A DNA stretch of 64,000 bases. Origin: Peribolospora baueri (taxonomy: Eukaryota). Under the pieces are notes generated by a model. It saw only the letters and a program-made list of their open reading frames with translations. It was not told the DNA's origin and searched no databases. The DNA lies in the NCBI GenBank assembly GCA_029717555.1, contig JAMDHS010000058.1, positions 62,001 through 126,000 of the forward strand, given 5' to 3'. The position numbers and the translations under genes were made by a program. Every line of letters starts with the position of its first letter. Position 1 is the first letter of the stretch. This document shows positions 1 to 11,231 of this stretch, piece by piece.

Positions 1-618
1 TCCTGCCGACTCGTCCTCCGCCCCTACCTCTCTGTCACTCCCTCTTCGTCGACGTCCGATCCGCTCGTACGGGGCATTGCCTCGCGCAGCAACGAAACGA
101 GCAACCCCTCCAGGGGACCCGGCATCAGTGCCGTCGCCAGTGGAACGTCTGCAGGCGATTTTGACCTCGAATCTCGCCCCACCCCATTCGCCCGTGTTGC
201 ACACAAACAACGCCCTTCCGTCAGTAGTCGGCCGGAGGAGATTCTCCGCGCCAGCGACGGCGGCCCGCCTTGGTCTAAGCTCCCGTCGACCTCGCACCCG
301 TTCCATAACACCTCGGCGTCCGCACCTATCGCCATGCAGCCTTTGTTACCGAGTCATAGTCGCCCGGCGAAGGGGGCGGCGTCCCACTCGATGCCCGGCT
401 CGAACTCGACTTTTTCTTCCTATCGACCGGAGGAAGCGAGCTCGAACGGGGCGACGCCGATCCAGGTGCACGTCTCCAAAGAGGTCGTCGTCGATGGGTC
501 CGACCCGGACGACGACAGTCCTCCCCTTCTGCGGGACCGCGGCGGACAGCGTCCGTACGGCTCGGCCGGCGGCGTGCTGGGTGACATATCCGGGACGTAT
601 CGCCCGCAAGCATTCTGA
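1..618 (+). CDS. 3' end of a gene starting before the window; hypothetical, probably the cytosolic tail of a fungal multi-pass membrane protein
   Basis: Frame 1 is open from base 1 to TGA at 616-618 (SCRLVLRPYLSVTPSSS...IQVHVSKEVVVD...RPQAF*). A 'CRLVL' segment followed by an S/P-rich tail and 'IQVHV..EVVVD' is typical of basidiomycete membrane-protein tails (inference). Confidence 0.55.
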   Translation, partial: SCRLVLRPYLSVTPSSSTSDPLVRGIASRSNETSNPSRGPGISAVASGTSAGDFDLESRPTPFARVAHKQRPSVSSRPEEILRASDGGPPWSKLPSTSHPFHNTSASAPIAMQPLLPSHSRPAKGAASHSMPGSNSTFSSYRPEEASSNGATPIQVHVSKEVVVDGSDPDDDSPPLLRDRGGQRPYGSAGGVLGDISGTYRPQAF

Positions 619-1979
619 GATCGATCGGCCGATCTCCGTCGGTTGCCGAGCGACGGTGGCTCTCCTTCCATATCGGGCGGGCGCCTTGCGGTTGTCGACT
701 TCCCTCTCGGCACGGCCGGTCTACCTACCCGTTTCTCCGTTCCTTCCCTTTCTCCTTCGGACCTCTTTTGCAAACAGTGCTATACCCGCCAACGCTTAGT
801 TTAATTTCGTTGGGTGAGCGGCACATAATTCTCTAGCCAGCGAGCCCCACTTCGGACATGTAACGTAACGAATAGCGGACGAACCCTACGTATTGATTTC
901 AAAAACGAGTCAGGAACGTGCGAAACGCTGCGCGGAGTGATGTACGAAGCGTCACGAAGCGTCATAGGCGAGTCAGAACGCTCGGGATCGTTTGCCGGCG
1001 CGCTCGGGTGTGCATGCACTAGACATCGTCGATGTTGCACGGCCTCGTTGGTCTTTGGTCTCGGTGAATGATTCTCGCTGAACGACTGGCCACCCACGTT
1101 GATCGTCGGAGCGCGTTCTGGCTTGTGCGCGTCACCTCAAGTGGAGGGGGTCACCGATGTGCCACCGCCGGCTGCGTATCGCCAGTATAGAGGGTAGTTC
1201 GGCTCTTGGAGCACCCGGAACTACGGATGGCTTTCTTCCGTCCCCATCACGCTACTCATGTCCGCGGACGCAAAAGAGTGGCGGTGAATATGAAGAGCGG
1301 TCGCAGATGGGGCGAGACAATGTGGTACTACAGCGTTTACATGGAGATGTTGTCCGTGTGCTGTGCTGTGTCTTGCGTACCGGTACGGCGCTCAAACCGA
1401 CCTAAATTAGCGCCCCATGGTGACAGTTGGCGCCGCAAGACGTGCTCACAAGTTAGTCTAGAATGGTTAGGAGGCGCGCACCATCGCCGCCCCGAGTGAG
1501 CGACGAAGAGGCTGATAGGAGCGCCACTGCGGTGCGACGGTGGTAGCGCGGTCCGCATGAGGCCATTGATTGATAACACACAGAGTACGGCATAGTAAAT
1601 ACAAGGAGCCCCAGGACGAGTGGAAGGAAACAAGGTAACGTGCCGTCGCTGGCACGCCATCATCCCTTGTACGCGACTTCAGACCGAATTGCCGTCCATG
1701 TGTGGGACAAATCCGCTCAACGTGAGTGGGCGAGTTATTGTTGCCTGGAGGCGAAAAAAACTGCCGCCACGGGCCGGCGGCCAGTGCAGAAGACGGCGCC
1801 CTCCATTTAAGCCGTCGAGTTCGAGATTCTGTCCCACCCAACCTGCGCAGGATTACAGCCGGGACCGTCACCTCCTTTCCGTCGTCCCTTCACACAACTC
1901 GCCGCGACCGAAAGTCCGCGCGACTTTTACCTGTGGCCCCCACCCCCCTCTTCAGCCCCGTTCGCCATCGGTCGCCATC

Positions 1980-3889
1980 ATGCCCAAGTTGGAGTCGAAG
2001 GAGTTCTCCGACAAGCTTGAGGAAATCCTCAGCTGTGAGTGACCAACCGATCAATCGACGCCTGTCCTGATGACCGCCGCCGGCCTTGCCGCCCTTGACC
2101 CTCAACGCTCAGAAGAACCCGCGTGGCTCGGGCGAGGCTTTGCAAGTCACCCACATCTCACGCACACCTCACTTTTTTGTTCATTCCTTCGATCGTGCTG
2201 GCAGTCGCCCGTCCCGCTCCGGACCCGAAGAAAGAATGGGCGCGAGTGCCTCAGTGGTGAGTGGCTGGGGCATCAAATGGTGGCCGCTCCAGTGCCTTTG
2301 CTTCGTCGGAGCACATGTAGAGCGCTCCATTTCGCCGTTCCCTGCTTCTGACCTTCTTCGTCTTCACCGACCTTCTTGCGGTTAGGGATATGGCCAACGC
2401 CCATTGGTGTTTCATGACAGCTCTCACTCAGGCTTACAAGGTGTGCCCGTCTTCATTCCAGCCGCCTCTCCCCGTGCTTCCGCATCACTCAACGGTCCGC
2501 TTTATCTCCCTTTCGGTGGCTCTCTATTCGTCTCCTCTGAACCTTATTCATCGGGAAATGGCGCACAGCACGCTGGCGATGCGCCCCAGTCAGACGCGCA
2601 CAACTATCTTAACTTCGTCCGGGCGCTTATCACTGCAATCAACCAGCACCACGAGGTTGAGGGTGAGCCGACCACTGCCAAGCTGCTTTCTCCCGCTCCC
2701 GAAAGTGTGTATGCGTGTTCATTCCTGGTCCTTCGGTCTTTTCCTTCGTCCTGCTCTGTCCATGGCTCCGTTGGCGATCGCCCGGAAATGAATTATTAGA
2801 ATCGACCTACTTCCCTTACTTGGAGAAGAAAATGCCCATGGACGCCGCCGTCGAGCAGCACAAGGTCTTCCACGAGGGTCTCGTGGACTTCCTGGCCTAC
2901 CTCGACGGTCAGCTGGAAAAGGCAAGCAAGGGAGACAAGGCCCCCATCGAGCCGGAAAAGATCAGGGAACACATTGACTCGTTTGCGTGAGTTGCCTACC
3001 TGACCTCATCCCCGTTCGCTCGAGAATAGCCGTGCGGAGGACGCTTCTGCGTGAAGAGCGGCGAAGCTCAACGTCATACCGCCCAATTTTGATCCCTGTG
3101 ACGCACGCGTTCAGCTGGGACCTGATCTACCACCTCCGCGAAGAGCTGGACATGTTCGACCCGGAGCGCTTCGGCAGCCTGTTTACCCAACAGGAGCAGG
3201 AAGAGGTGATCAAAAAGGTCCTTGATGAGATTCTCAAGCACGACATGACCACATTCATGCCGCTCTGCCTGACCAACAACTATGTGGTGCGTATCCGATG
3301 GCGATGTGATCTGGCTGGAACCCGGCCTGTCCGTCTCCGAATATACGGTTTGCGGATTCCGACCTTCTCTCCTCCCTCCCTGTTCTCCAACTTCCGATGA
3401 TAGGGCGACGGCTATCACTGGCCCCCGGTCCCCTGGCCCGTGCGCTATTTGGTCGGTCCCTTGTTCATTGGTTTCAAGTCGTAAGTTGAACGTTCCTCTA
3501 GCAACTGCAGGGCCGACGCTCGTCTGGCTCTGCATCGGCGTCAGTCTTTGTCCGCTTATCCCTGTCTTCTCTTGTGACCTTGGCCTGTGTCTACAGTCGT
3601 CCTTTCTTCAAGTACTCGGCTCATGGCGTGAGTTCTTTCCGAAATAGGCAGCTGAATGGTGCCTCTTCCCTCTGCAAGTTATCTCACCGTCTCGGCCTTT
3701 GTCTGTTTTTTGTTCTCCTTCCCGTTCATTCGCCGTCTTGGATGCACATGCCTTAGTTCTACAACGTAAGTATCCTGGTCGAAGCAGCCCGGCTTGCAGC
3801 GAGCGCTGCCTAACTAACTTTTTGGGTCTCCTCCCGCCTTCTTGACGACCCTGTCTCCCTTCGCGCTGCTACAGACTTTCCCCGCCTAA
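1980..3889 (+). CDS. Hemerythrin-like (HHE cation-binding domain) protein, about 10 exons
   Basis: GT-AG splicing gives MPKLESKEFSDKLEEILSFARPAPDPKKEWARVPQWDMANAHWCF...AINQHHEVEESTYFPYLE...VEQHKVFHEGL...LIYHLREELDMF...WPPVPWPVRYLVGP...FFKYSAHG-FYN-TFPA*. The H...HxxxE...H...HxxxE di-iron ligand pattern is present. The last two exons are less certain. Confidence 0.85.
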
Positions 3890-4306
3890 GTCTTTCGATA
3901 CCATAACCCACGCCTTCCTTTGCAGGCCGTGATCTTCTGTAGTCCTCCTCCGTTCGTTTTTGCTTCGTTTCGCACACCGTGTTAGACGCTGTCACCCCAT
4001 TTCTTTCTTTTTCGACTATTGAGGCCCAGTCCGCCGGTAGCCCTCGTTGTACTTGCGGCTCTTCATTGTACGGAGTCTTGCGATAACCGATACTAATGAT
4101 GTTTCAAAAAGTCAACGAACGTAGTCCCACCTGGCGTCCCCTCGTACTTCGTTTTGGAAACTTGGCCCGCAAAACGTTTCGGGGCACCCGTCGCTGTGCT
4201 CTATGCTTCATGACCACGTAACTGTTGTTCTTGAGTTCGCATTACCTTCATGATCCAAGGGAAAGCTGCTGCGTCCCAGCGGTGTCACTGAGAAGTTCGA
4301 GAAAGT

Positions 4307-5032
4307 TTGCGGCCTACCAAAGGGCATGGCGGTAGGGGGAGGGGGCTCTCCCTTATGCTGAGTGGATCTAGTAAGATCCGGGTTGCACGCCCTTTCTGGA
4401 AGAACAAAGCGGTTACCCAGATTTCTAGTCGAGGAAATCGGACGCCACGACATCCGGAAACAACTGCAGGCGACTTCCAACAGCCGTCGAAGCTTGTCGT
4501 CAGGGACAAGCAATCTAAGCCTGTGGGAGCTTTCCGTGACACCTTAAAGAGCTTCACATTGGGTGACATGATCGGGAGGAGATGCCGTGACCGAGGACGC
4601 ACGTTGTCGACTTCAGCGCACGTTGCCTTCAGGTGTTTCTCTGGAACAGTCGACATTTCGGAATTGGCCCTATAGAGCTGAAAATCCATTCGCACCTAGG
4701 ATGGAATGCATACTGGAGAATTTAAAAAAAGCTCCCAAAGGAAGGGGGTCAAAAGCGCCGAGGTGTACTGTGACATCTCGAGCCTTCCACCTTTTCTCCA
4801 AGAAAAAGATATCTTCGGCGGCCTTCGCCTCTTCGATCCTATCCCTCTCGTCCAGGTCGCTCTCGGCGCAAACCTTGATCGGATGCCGAATGCCCCCCCC
4901 GCCCCCCCCGGCCCGCAACCGAGGTCGCTTCTGCGGGCACTTGACGCATCGCAGCGGCCGGTTCGTCACAGCGCACTGCGGAGGATCGACGAAAGGAGGC
5001 GCAAGGTCAGGGTTGTGCTCGATATCCCTTGA
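4307..5032 (+). pseudogene. Possible decayed gene: one frame interrupted by three clustered stops
   Basis: ORFs 4307-4675 and 4706-5032 share a frame and are separated only by TAG (4673-75), TGA (4679-81) and TAG (4697-99). Protein-like segments include FRDTLKSFTLGD and DISSLPPFLQEKDIFGGLRLFDPIPLVQVALG. No family recognised. Confidence 0.25.
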
Positions 5033-5062
5033 GATTTGACGGGTCTGCATTGCAATGGCAGG

Positions 5063-8000
5063 CTACCAGGACATGCCGTTCGTCGCCAAGAATTCTTCAC
5101 CATAGCTAAGGCTGACAATCGCGGGATCGTTCAACCCTGCCGCTATCGACGAAGGAGCCATACTAGCGCCCGAGTCGGCATGTTGGTGCCGAGTGTCGTA
5201 CATGGCCATTGGGGGCGCGGTGTTGAAATACACAGTCCCTCCGCTCTCGTATCCCATGCCGGCAGGCAAAGGTGCGGCTTGCGAATATGCATTGTTGTTC
5301 GCTTCATTGAGGGAGGTACCGGCCTCCTGAGGGTACATGTAAGGAGGCAAGTGATGGCGCTCGTACGTCTGCCAAGGCTCGTACGATTGACCCTCGTAAG
5401 GCATGGATGATGGCGTGGCGGCGTAAGTGGGATCGAACGCTTCCAGGGGCGGGCTCGCGGCTGGCAAAGCGCTTCCAGTTTGCTGCGTGCCTATTGCCGA
5501 GAAGTTGCTGACCTTGGAAACTTCACCGTCACGATCCTCATCGTCCTCCTTGTCCAGCACATCGGACGAGCCAAAGTTGCCGAACACGAGTCCACTGGTC
5601 TTAAACGTCTCCGGCCTGGGTGCAGCGACGACGACGGCACTTGAAGCTGGAGCAGACGAAGATCCCGATGATGGCGTGAAAGCAGCAGCCTTGGCGGCCG
5701 ACGCCGGAATGACGCTGTACTGCCGCGCGTGCTTGCCCAAAACCCTGCCCGTGGGCTTCTCTACTGGATACGAAACGGTGGGCTCAGCCCGCCAGGTCGA
5801 CTGGTCGGGTGTAGGAATCTGCACAGGACCGTCTGCACGCACTTGGACATGACGCGGTGCCTCGCCATAATCGAAGACCTGGGCGTGCCCACCCTCGGGC
5901 GTGTGAGGTCCAGAGGATGGCCCGGAAAGAGGCTCAAAGCGCTGGCTCCGTTGAATGGCGTAATGGGGTGGCTGGTCTCGATGATGGTAAGAGTGAGGCG
6001 GGGGAGGATAATGAGCGTAATATGGCGCCTGGTAGGGGGGGTAATGACCCTCTGCCCCGCCATATATCAGATGTGGAGGTGGTGGCGGCGGGGTGAATCC
6101 GACGCGCTGGCCAGTAGACAAGTCGAACAAAAAGCCTTCAGCATCCATGCCGAGACCAGGCGGTAGCGGGCTGGCGACCTGTTGGAGGGGCATGTACAGC
6201 GGTTGGTGGGGCTGAGCCTCGCCGTCGGAAGTGAGGCTCGGAGGAACAGACAAAGGTGGCTCTTCTTTGACGTGCTCTGCGGCACTGACGCCCTGCTCAC
6301 GCTCGAGCTGGACCAGCTCGTCCCGTACCTTGCGCTCCTCCTCGACGGCATGTCGACGCGCACGCTCTACGGCTTCATACTGACTGCGCAAGGCGGCTGA
6401 AGTGCCGGGCGAATGACCGTTCGCGACCTGATGCATGGACGCAACGCCATCGGCGTCTTGTTCTGGCGTGGGCGACGAGCCCGCCTTGCCAGCACCGGGT
6501 AGGTTGACGACTATCGGTTCTGTCTGACCATTTCCAGTCTCCGTGTGCTGATCCTCCAGACTGAGTGCCGTCAATTCAGAAGTCGGCAGCGCGTCCGTGC
6601 GCCCAACGCTGACAGACTCGACTTGGTCGCCTTTCCCGAGATTGACATGTACTTGGCCGTCGTCCACCTTGCCTTCCTCCGCATCCTTCCCACCATCCCT
6701 GACCAAAGCTTCCGCCGCCTCCCTAGCGCTAGGCTCACTCGCTTGAGCTTGACGAGCGCCCGGTGCGAAAGAAGCCACCATACCACCACCCCTTCGAAAC
6801 CCACCCCTACCAACAGCGAAACCGCCTCTCGGGATGAAGTTGCCGCGGCCGCGACCGCGGAACGCCGGTGGACCGAACCACATGCCCCTGCCGCGACCAC
6901 CACGTCCTGCAGCGCTGCCATCGGAAACAGAGCCACCTCGGCCGCGGACGGCTCGCAGTCGTTCTGTGCGTTCCAAAGCCTCATAGCCATCGTGCGTCCA
7001 TTTGCTGTCCAAAGGTGTCTTTGGAGCTGAAGCGGTCGGCGAGTCAGCCGGAGCCGGAATAGAAGCCTGCGTGGCGGTGGAGGCTCCTTCCGTCGATGGT
7101 TCCGGAGCATTAGCAGAGGCCTTGTCGACCGTTCCTTCTGCCGGCCCAAACTCTCCCTCCTTCGAAGTTTCCGCCTCTCTCGTCCTTTCCTGGACGGGCT
7201 CCCTAGGAACACCGTAGGCGCCTCCCCTGCCCACGCCCGCGCCGGGATACGATCCTCTGGCTCCGCCCCGCCCGATCCACGGAGCACCCCTCCCTCCTCT
7301 ACCTGCCCAACCCGGCGCGACCCGTCCACGTCCTCTCCACCAGCCACTCATCGGTCTTAGCTCCCTGGAGAGCAGCCGCTCGTCGTGGCCCCAGAAAGCG
7401 CCAACCTTGGGAACATAAGAAGGATCTTCAGCAAGTCGTTGTCGATACACCTCGGCGGCGGCAGCAGAGCGGGTAGGCCGACTGGGCGTTGGTGCCGAAG
7501 TCGCGGGTCGTCGGGCAGTGGCCACATCGATCGCAGAGGATGAGGCGGGCGAAGAAGGCTCGCCATGATTCGCAAGGGTTGAGGCTGGACCTGAGTGTGT
7601 CCGCCGAGTTGATGCGAGCGCCGCAGCTGCGGATGAGTCGGGAGCGTCCTCGAAGTCTTCAAAGTCGATCGTAGGAATATCGGCGGGGGTTGAGTCTTGC
7701 TCGGCCGCATCCTTGGCCTTGCCTTTGCCCTCGCCACCGGTGGCAGTGGCTACATCGCCCTTGAGTTGTCTTCGCGCCTCGCTCTTCAGCCTTCGCTTCT
7801 CGCGCTGCTTCAGGCGATGACGTTCCCGCTTCGCTTCCAGCTTGGCCAATTGCGCTGGCGTCAACGGCGGACGTTCCGGCTCGTCGTTGGCAGTGCGCGA
7901 GCGGTCTTGGTGAGTCGGACGAGAAGAAGAGGCGCCTCCCAATGCAAGGTCCTCTTCAGTCATGTCTGCCCATGCCGCCGTACCCTGGGTCGAGGAACCG

Positions 8001-8326
8001 TTCGCAGCCTTAGCGTCCGTTCCGGCCGCATCCTTCTCGCCTTCAACCGCTCCTCGCTCTTCCTCCTCGTCCTCCTCCTCGTCCTCTCCCTCCTCATTAC
8101 TATCATCCTCATCTTCATCTTCTTCGCTCTCCGAACCCTGACTATCCTCGCCCTCCTCTTCTTCGTCCGTTACGCTGACATCACTTCCAACCTCCTCCTC
8201 TCCCTCCTCTCCTTCGTCCATCAAACTCCGAGCTCCCCTCCTCGGCCTGGCGCGCAGTCGAGGCTTAGCCTTCGTTGTAGTCTTTGCGTCGGAACCGCTG
8301 ACTTCAACATCGTTGTCTGCTACCAT
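5063..8326 (-). CDS. Btz/CASC3 (Barentsz/MLN51-like, eIF4AIII-binding) domain protein, putative exon-junction-complex subunit; apparently single exon, about 1087 aa
   Basis: The ATG at 8326 (MVADNDVEV) lies within the 5063-8620 ORF. Btz half-motifs EDPSYVPKVGAFWGHDERL and KWTHDGYE are present, with an acidic N-terminus, RGG/RG tracts and a P/Y-rich tail. Confidence 0.8.
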   Translation of the reverse strand: MVADNDVEVSGSDAKTTTKAKPRLRARPRRGARSLMDEGEEGEEEVGSDVSVTDEEEEGEDSQGSESEEDEDEDDSNEEGEDEEEDEEEERGAVEGEKDAAGTDAKAANGSSTQGTAAWADMTEEDLALGGASSSRPTHQDRSRTANDEPERPPLTPAQLAKLEAKRERHRLKQREKRRLKSEARRQLKGDVATATGGEGKGKAKDAAEQDSTPADIPTIDFEDFEDAPDSSAAAALASTRRTHSGPASTLANHGEPSSPASSSAIDVATARRPATSAPTPSRPTRSAAAAEVYRQRLAEDPSYVPKVGAFWGHDERLLSRELRPMSGWWRGRGRVAPGWAGRGGRGAPWIGRGGARGSYPGAGVGRGGAYGVPREPVQERTREAETSKEGEFGPAEGTVDKASANAPEPSTEGASTATQASIPAPADSPTASAPKTPLDSKWTHDGYEALERTERLRAVRGRGGSVSDGSAAGRGGRGRGMWFGPPAFRGRGRGNFIPRGGFAVGRGGFRRGGGMVASFAPGARQAQASEPSAREAAEALVRDGGKDAEEGKVDDGQVHVNLGKGDQVESVSVGRTDALPTSELTALSLEDQHTETGNGQTEPIVVNLPGAGKAGSSPTPEQDADGVASMHQVANGHSPGTSAALRSQYEAVERARRHAVEEERKVRDELVQLEREQGVSAAEHVKEEPPLSVPPSLTSDGEAQPHQPLYMPLQQVASPLPPGLGMDAEGFLFDLSTGQRVGFTPPPPPPHLIYGGAEGHYPPYQAPYYAHYPPPPHSYHHRDQPPHYAIQRSQRFEPLSGPSSGPHTPEGGHAQVFDYGEAPRHVQVRADGPVQIPTPDQSTWRAEPTVSYPVEKPTGRVLGKHARQYSVIPASAAKAAAFTPSSGSSSAPASSAVVVAAPRPETFKTSGLVFGNFGSSDVLDKEDDEDRDGEVSKVSNFSAIGTQQTGSALPAASPPLEAFDPTYAATPSSMPYEGQSYEPWQTYERHHLPPYMYPQEAGTSLNEANNNAYSQAAPLPAGMGYESGGTVYFNTAPPMAMYDTRHQHADSGASMAPSSIAAGLNDPAIVSLSYGEEFLATNGMSW

Positions 8327-8874
8327 TGTACGACGTTGGTGATTATGAGGAAGCGTGACTTGAGGATGCTGGCTGCGTGACTGGAAACCCGGCGCGTGGT
8401 CGATCGAGGCAAGGATCAAGAAAACGAACGGAAAAGGGGGAAGGGCGACAGTGAAGAGAGAAAACGAATGTAGGCAACGGGAAGATGAAGAAAGACGGGT
8501 GGCAAGGGGGTAAATAGGGCAACGAACGGACCTCGCGGACGAGGGGATGATGGCAGGTGGCGGAGAAAGGAAAGGAAAATCTGCATGCGGATTCTCTTTT
8601 TTGTCGCCCGCCGGTCGCACCGCCGCCTCGGCGTCGCGCCTCAGACCCCGATCGGATCGCTTGTCAGCAGCGGCAAGACGTGGTCGATGGACGCTCTCAT
8701 CCCGGAGACCACTCTCTCTCTCTCCTTTCGCTTTTGTCAGTGTCTCATACGGTCTTTGTTTGGTGTGTCTTTCTGCTTTCTATAGAATGCCATTGCTCGT
8801 GTGTATAGGGTTTCAGGCCCTTATGAGTAGTACATGCCACTCACTACTTGCTCCAAGACACCCCGACGCTCGCA

Positions 8875-11038
8875 TCAATGATTTTGACCACCAGGCCCGC
8901 CCCCACCCTCCCCGCCAAGGGCCTCCTTCATACTCTTCTGTGCCGATCCTCGCGGCAACGGCTTGGCTTGACCCGGCGCAGGCTTCCAACCGATCTGCCA
9001 CCGAAGGATAGGAGAGAGCGATGGATTGAGAAGTGGTACCACCAAAGGCCGGGCCGGAGTTGTGACTGCCTCTTCCCAAGTTAACAGGCGCTCTGGCCGG
9101 TCGCTTCAACGCCTCACGAGAAAGGAACAGAAACTTACGACGTAAATGACCGAGAACGTTGCTGGCACCGAGCCATCCTCCAAACCATGAAGCTCTAGTA
9201 GCACGAATACAAACCACCGAAAGCGGCAGACAACCTCAGTACTCAAGCGTTTGCCACCCCACCGTCTCACTCTTCTGCTGGACCCATTCACACACACCCT
9301 TATAAATGGCACTAGCCGCAAGCAAAGTGTCCCTAGAGAGGTGCGTACGACGATTGATGACGGCGTTAGACTCTCCCATAGCTTGGAGGTCCTCGATGAG
9401 CTCAAACATGCTTGGGTAGCCGATCGTCATTTCGTCTACGTCCACAGTCGGGATGGTGAACCCGGCGCGCGAAAGGAGAGATGCCATGTCGCGGGACTCT
9501 GAAGGACCGAGACCGTATGGAAGCACAGAGTCGTGAGCTTTCCGGGGCAAACCTACCCTCATCGAGCCTTGTAGCCTCTACGAACCTGTCATCGGCGATA
9601 CTCGAGGTGAAATACCACCTTCTCGCTCCTGTTCGGCCAGCTGCAAGCTCGTCCTTCAGGAGGATTCCATCGACAATGATCAGCGTACGTCAGACAGACG
9701 AACGGAGTGATGGACAGCAGGATCCGAACCGAAGAGTTTGATACGCACCTCAGCTCAAACAGAGTGTCGCCTCCAAAGATCGCACCAATAAAGACGCCGT
9801 CCGGCTTGAGTGCTCGTTGTATCTGAACGAGCGCGCCTGAATCGACCATCAAGACGCGAAGGCAGTACTGAGTGGGCTGAGTAGCAGTTCGTTTCCTCCT
9901 TCTAGACTCCACCACGGAGACCAGACTCACCTGGCAAGTCGTTGGTCCAGTGCAGACTGAGGGCGCTGACTATGCAGTCTAGCGAGTTTTCTTGGAACGG
10001 CAAGTTCTCCTCGTCCACCACTCGTCTCTCGACGAGCACTATGGGATCCATCGAATCATGTCATGCACACAGAGCGAGGTGACGAGAATTCAGCGCTCGC
10101 GAGACGGTGTATAGGCAAGGATACGCCTTGCTCACCGTCGCCTTCATCCAGGTCCTTGTCCCTGTTCAGCGCGTCCTCTGCAGAGTGTGTTGCCGTCAGA
10201 TGAATGAGCAAAAGAAACAAACACGCGTCCTCTCCGTCCCAGGCCACTACTTCCTCATGGCCAAAGGTGCCGTCCAAGCTGATATCTCCTTTTGTGCATT
10301 TTGCAGTACGAGCTCACCCACCGGACAGATCACACATGATAACTTTCTCCGTCCCCGTCGCCTCAACGTCCAGGTTCCGCAGGAAGTGTCCCGCCCCGGA
10401 GCCTAGGTCTACTATGGTTGGGAAGGAACGTTTGATATCCTGTTGCAACAAGGTGAGAACGGCAAAACGGGCTCAGCATAAGAGGGCTTTGGGAAAGCGG
10501 CTGCCCTGTCCGCTCAAGCTCTCAAGGGATGTGCGCTCCAGGTGAACGACAGAAGCCCAACGGTGATGCATCGATGGTGTTCCATGACGAAACGAGCAAG
10601 GCACCGAGCAGCCAAGATGTGCTTGTTATCTCCGTTGCTCACCAACAACCTCTCAACAACATTGCTCGCTACCTCCTCCCGTACATAGTCCGTCACTCTG
10701 CTCCTTTCCTTCCTCCTCTCCTCTTCCTCCTTCTTGCCCTCCACGGTCGTGGCCAAGTTCAAGTGCTCGCCGGGTTCCCTCCTCCCCCTCGCTGCCCTAT
10801 CCTTCTGCATCCTCTTTGCCTCCCGGTCAAAGATAATGTATGGCCCGGCGGTGTGCGGGTTGGGTGGGGGTGCGTTGGGCGAAGCGGACGCATAGGTTTG
10901 TCGCCGCCGAGAGGGAAGGGAATCGAGGAGAAAGGAAGAGGTGGAAGGAGAGAGCGAGGCGAGGATGAGCTGCCTTTGCTGCTCGGCAAAGATGGAACCG
11001 ACACCTCGCGTTAGCGAGAGGGTCGTGCGGTGCATCAT
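8875..11038 (-). CDS. NDUFAF5: Mitochondrial complex I assembly factor 5 (SAM-dependent methyltransferase fold, arginine hydroxylase), multi-exon
   Basis: Spliced motifs: [149 protein letters not shown]. The N-terminus resembles a presequence. Confidence 0.93.
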
Positions 11039-11231
11039 GGTCGTCGCTGGGAATGAGAGTCGGGCGAAACGAACATCCCGTCCCTTTTGAACTGGATGGA
11101 ATCCGATCACTGCAACCCTAATCTGGCTTCATCCAAAGTTATCATGCGCCTCAGGAACAGGAATCCAAGAAAATCGTGCCGATTGCATGGTTTCAACCTT
11201 CTTCTACCTCCACCCTGGAGTAACCACTCCA

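Noticed and set aside
8327..8620. 98-codon N-terminal extension of the Btz ORF in the ORF track
   Set aside because: It has a non-ATG start and a pyrimidine-rich, UTR-like composition; the first ATG is at 8326.
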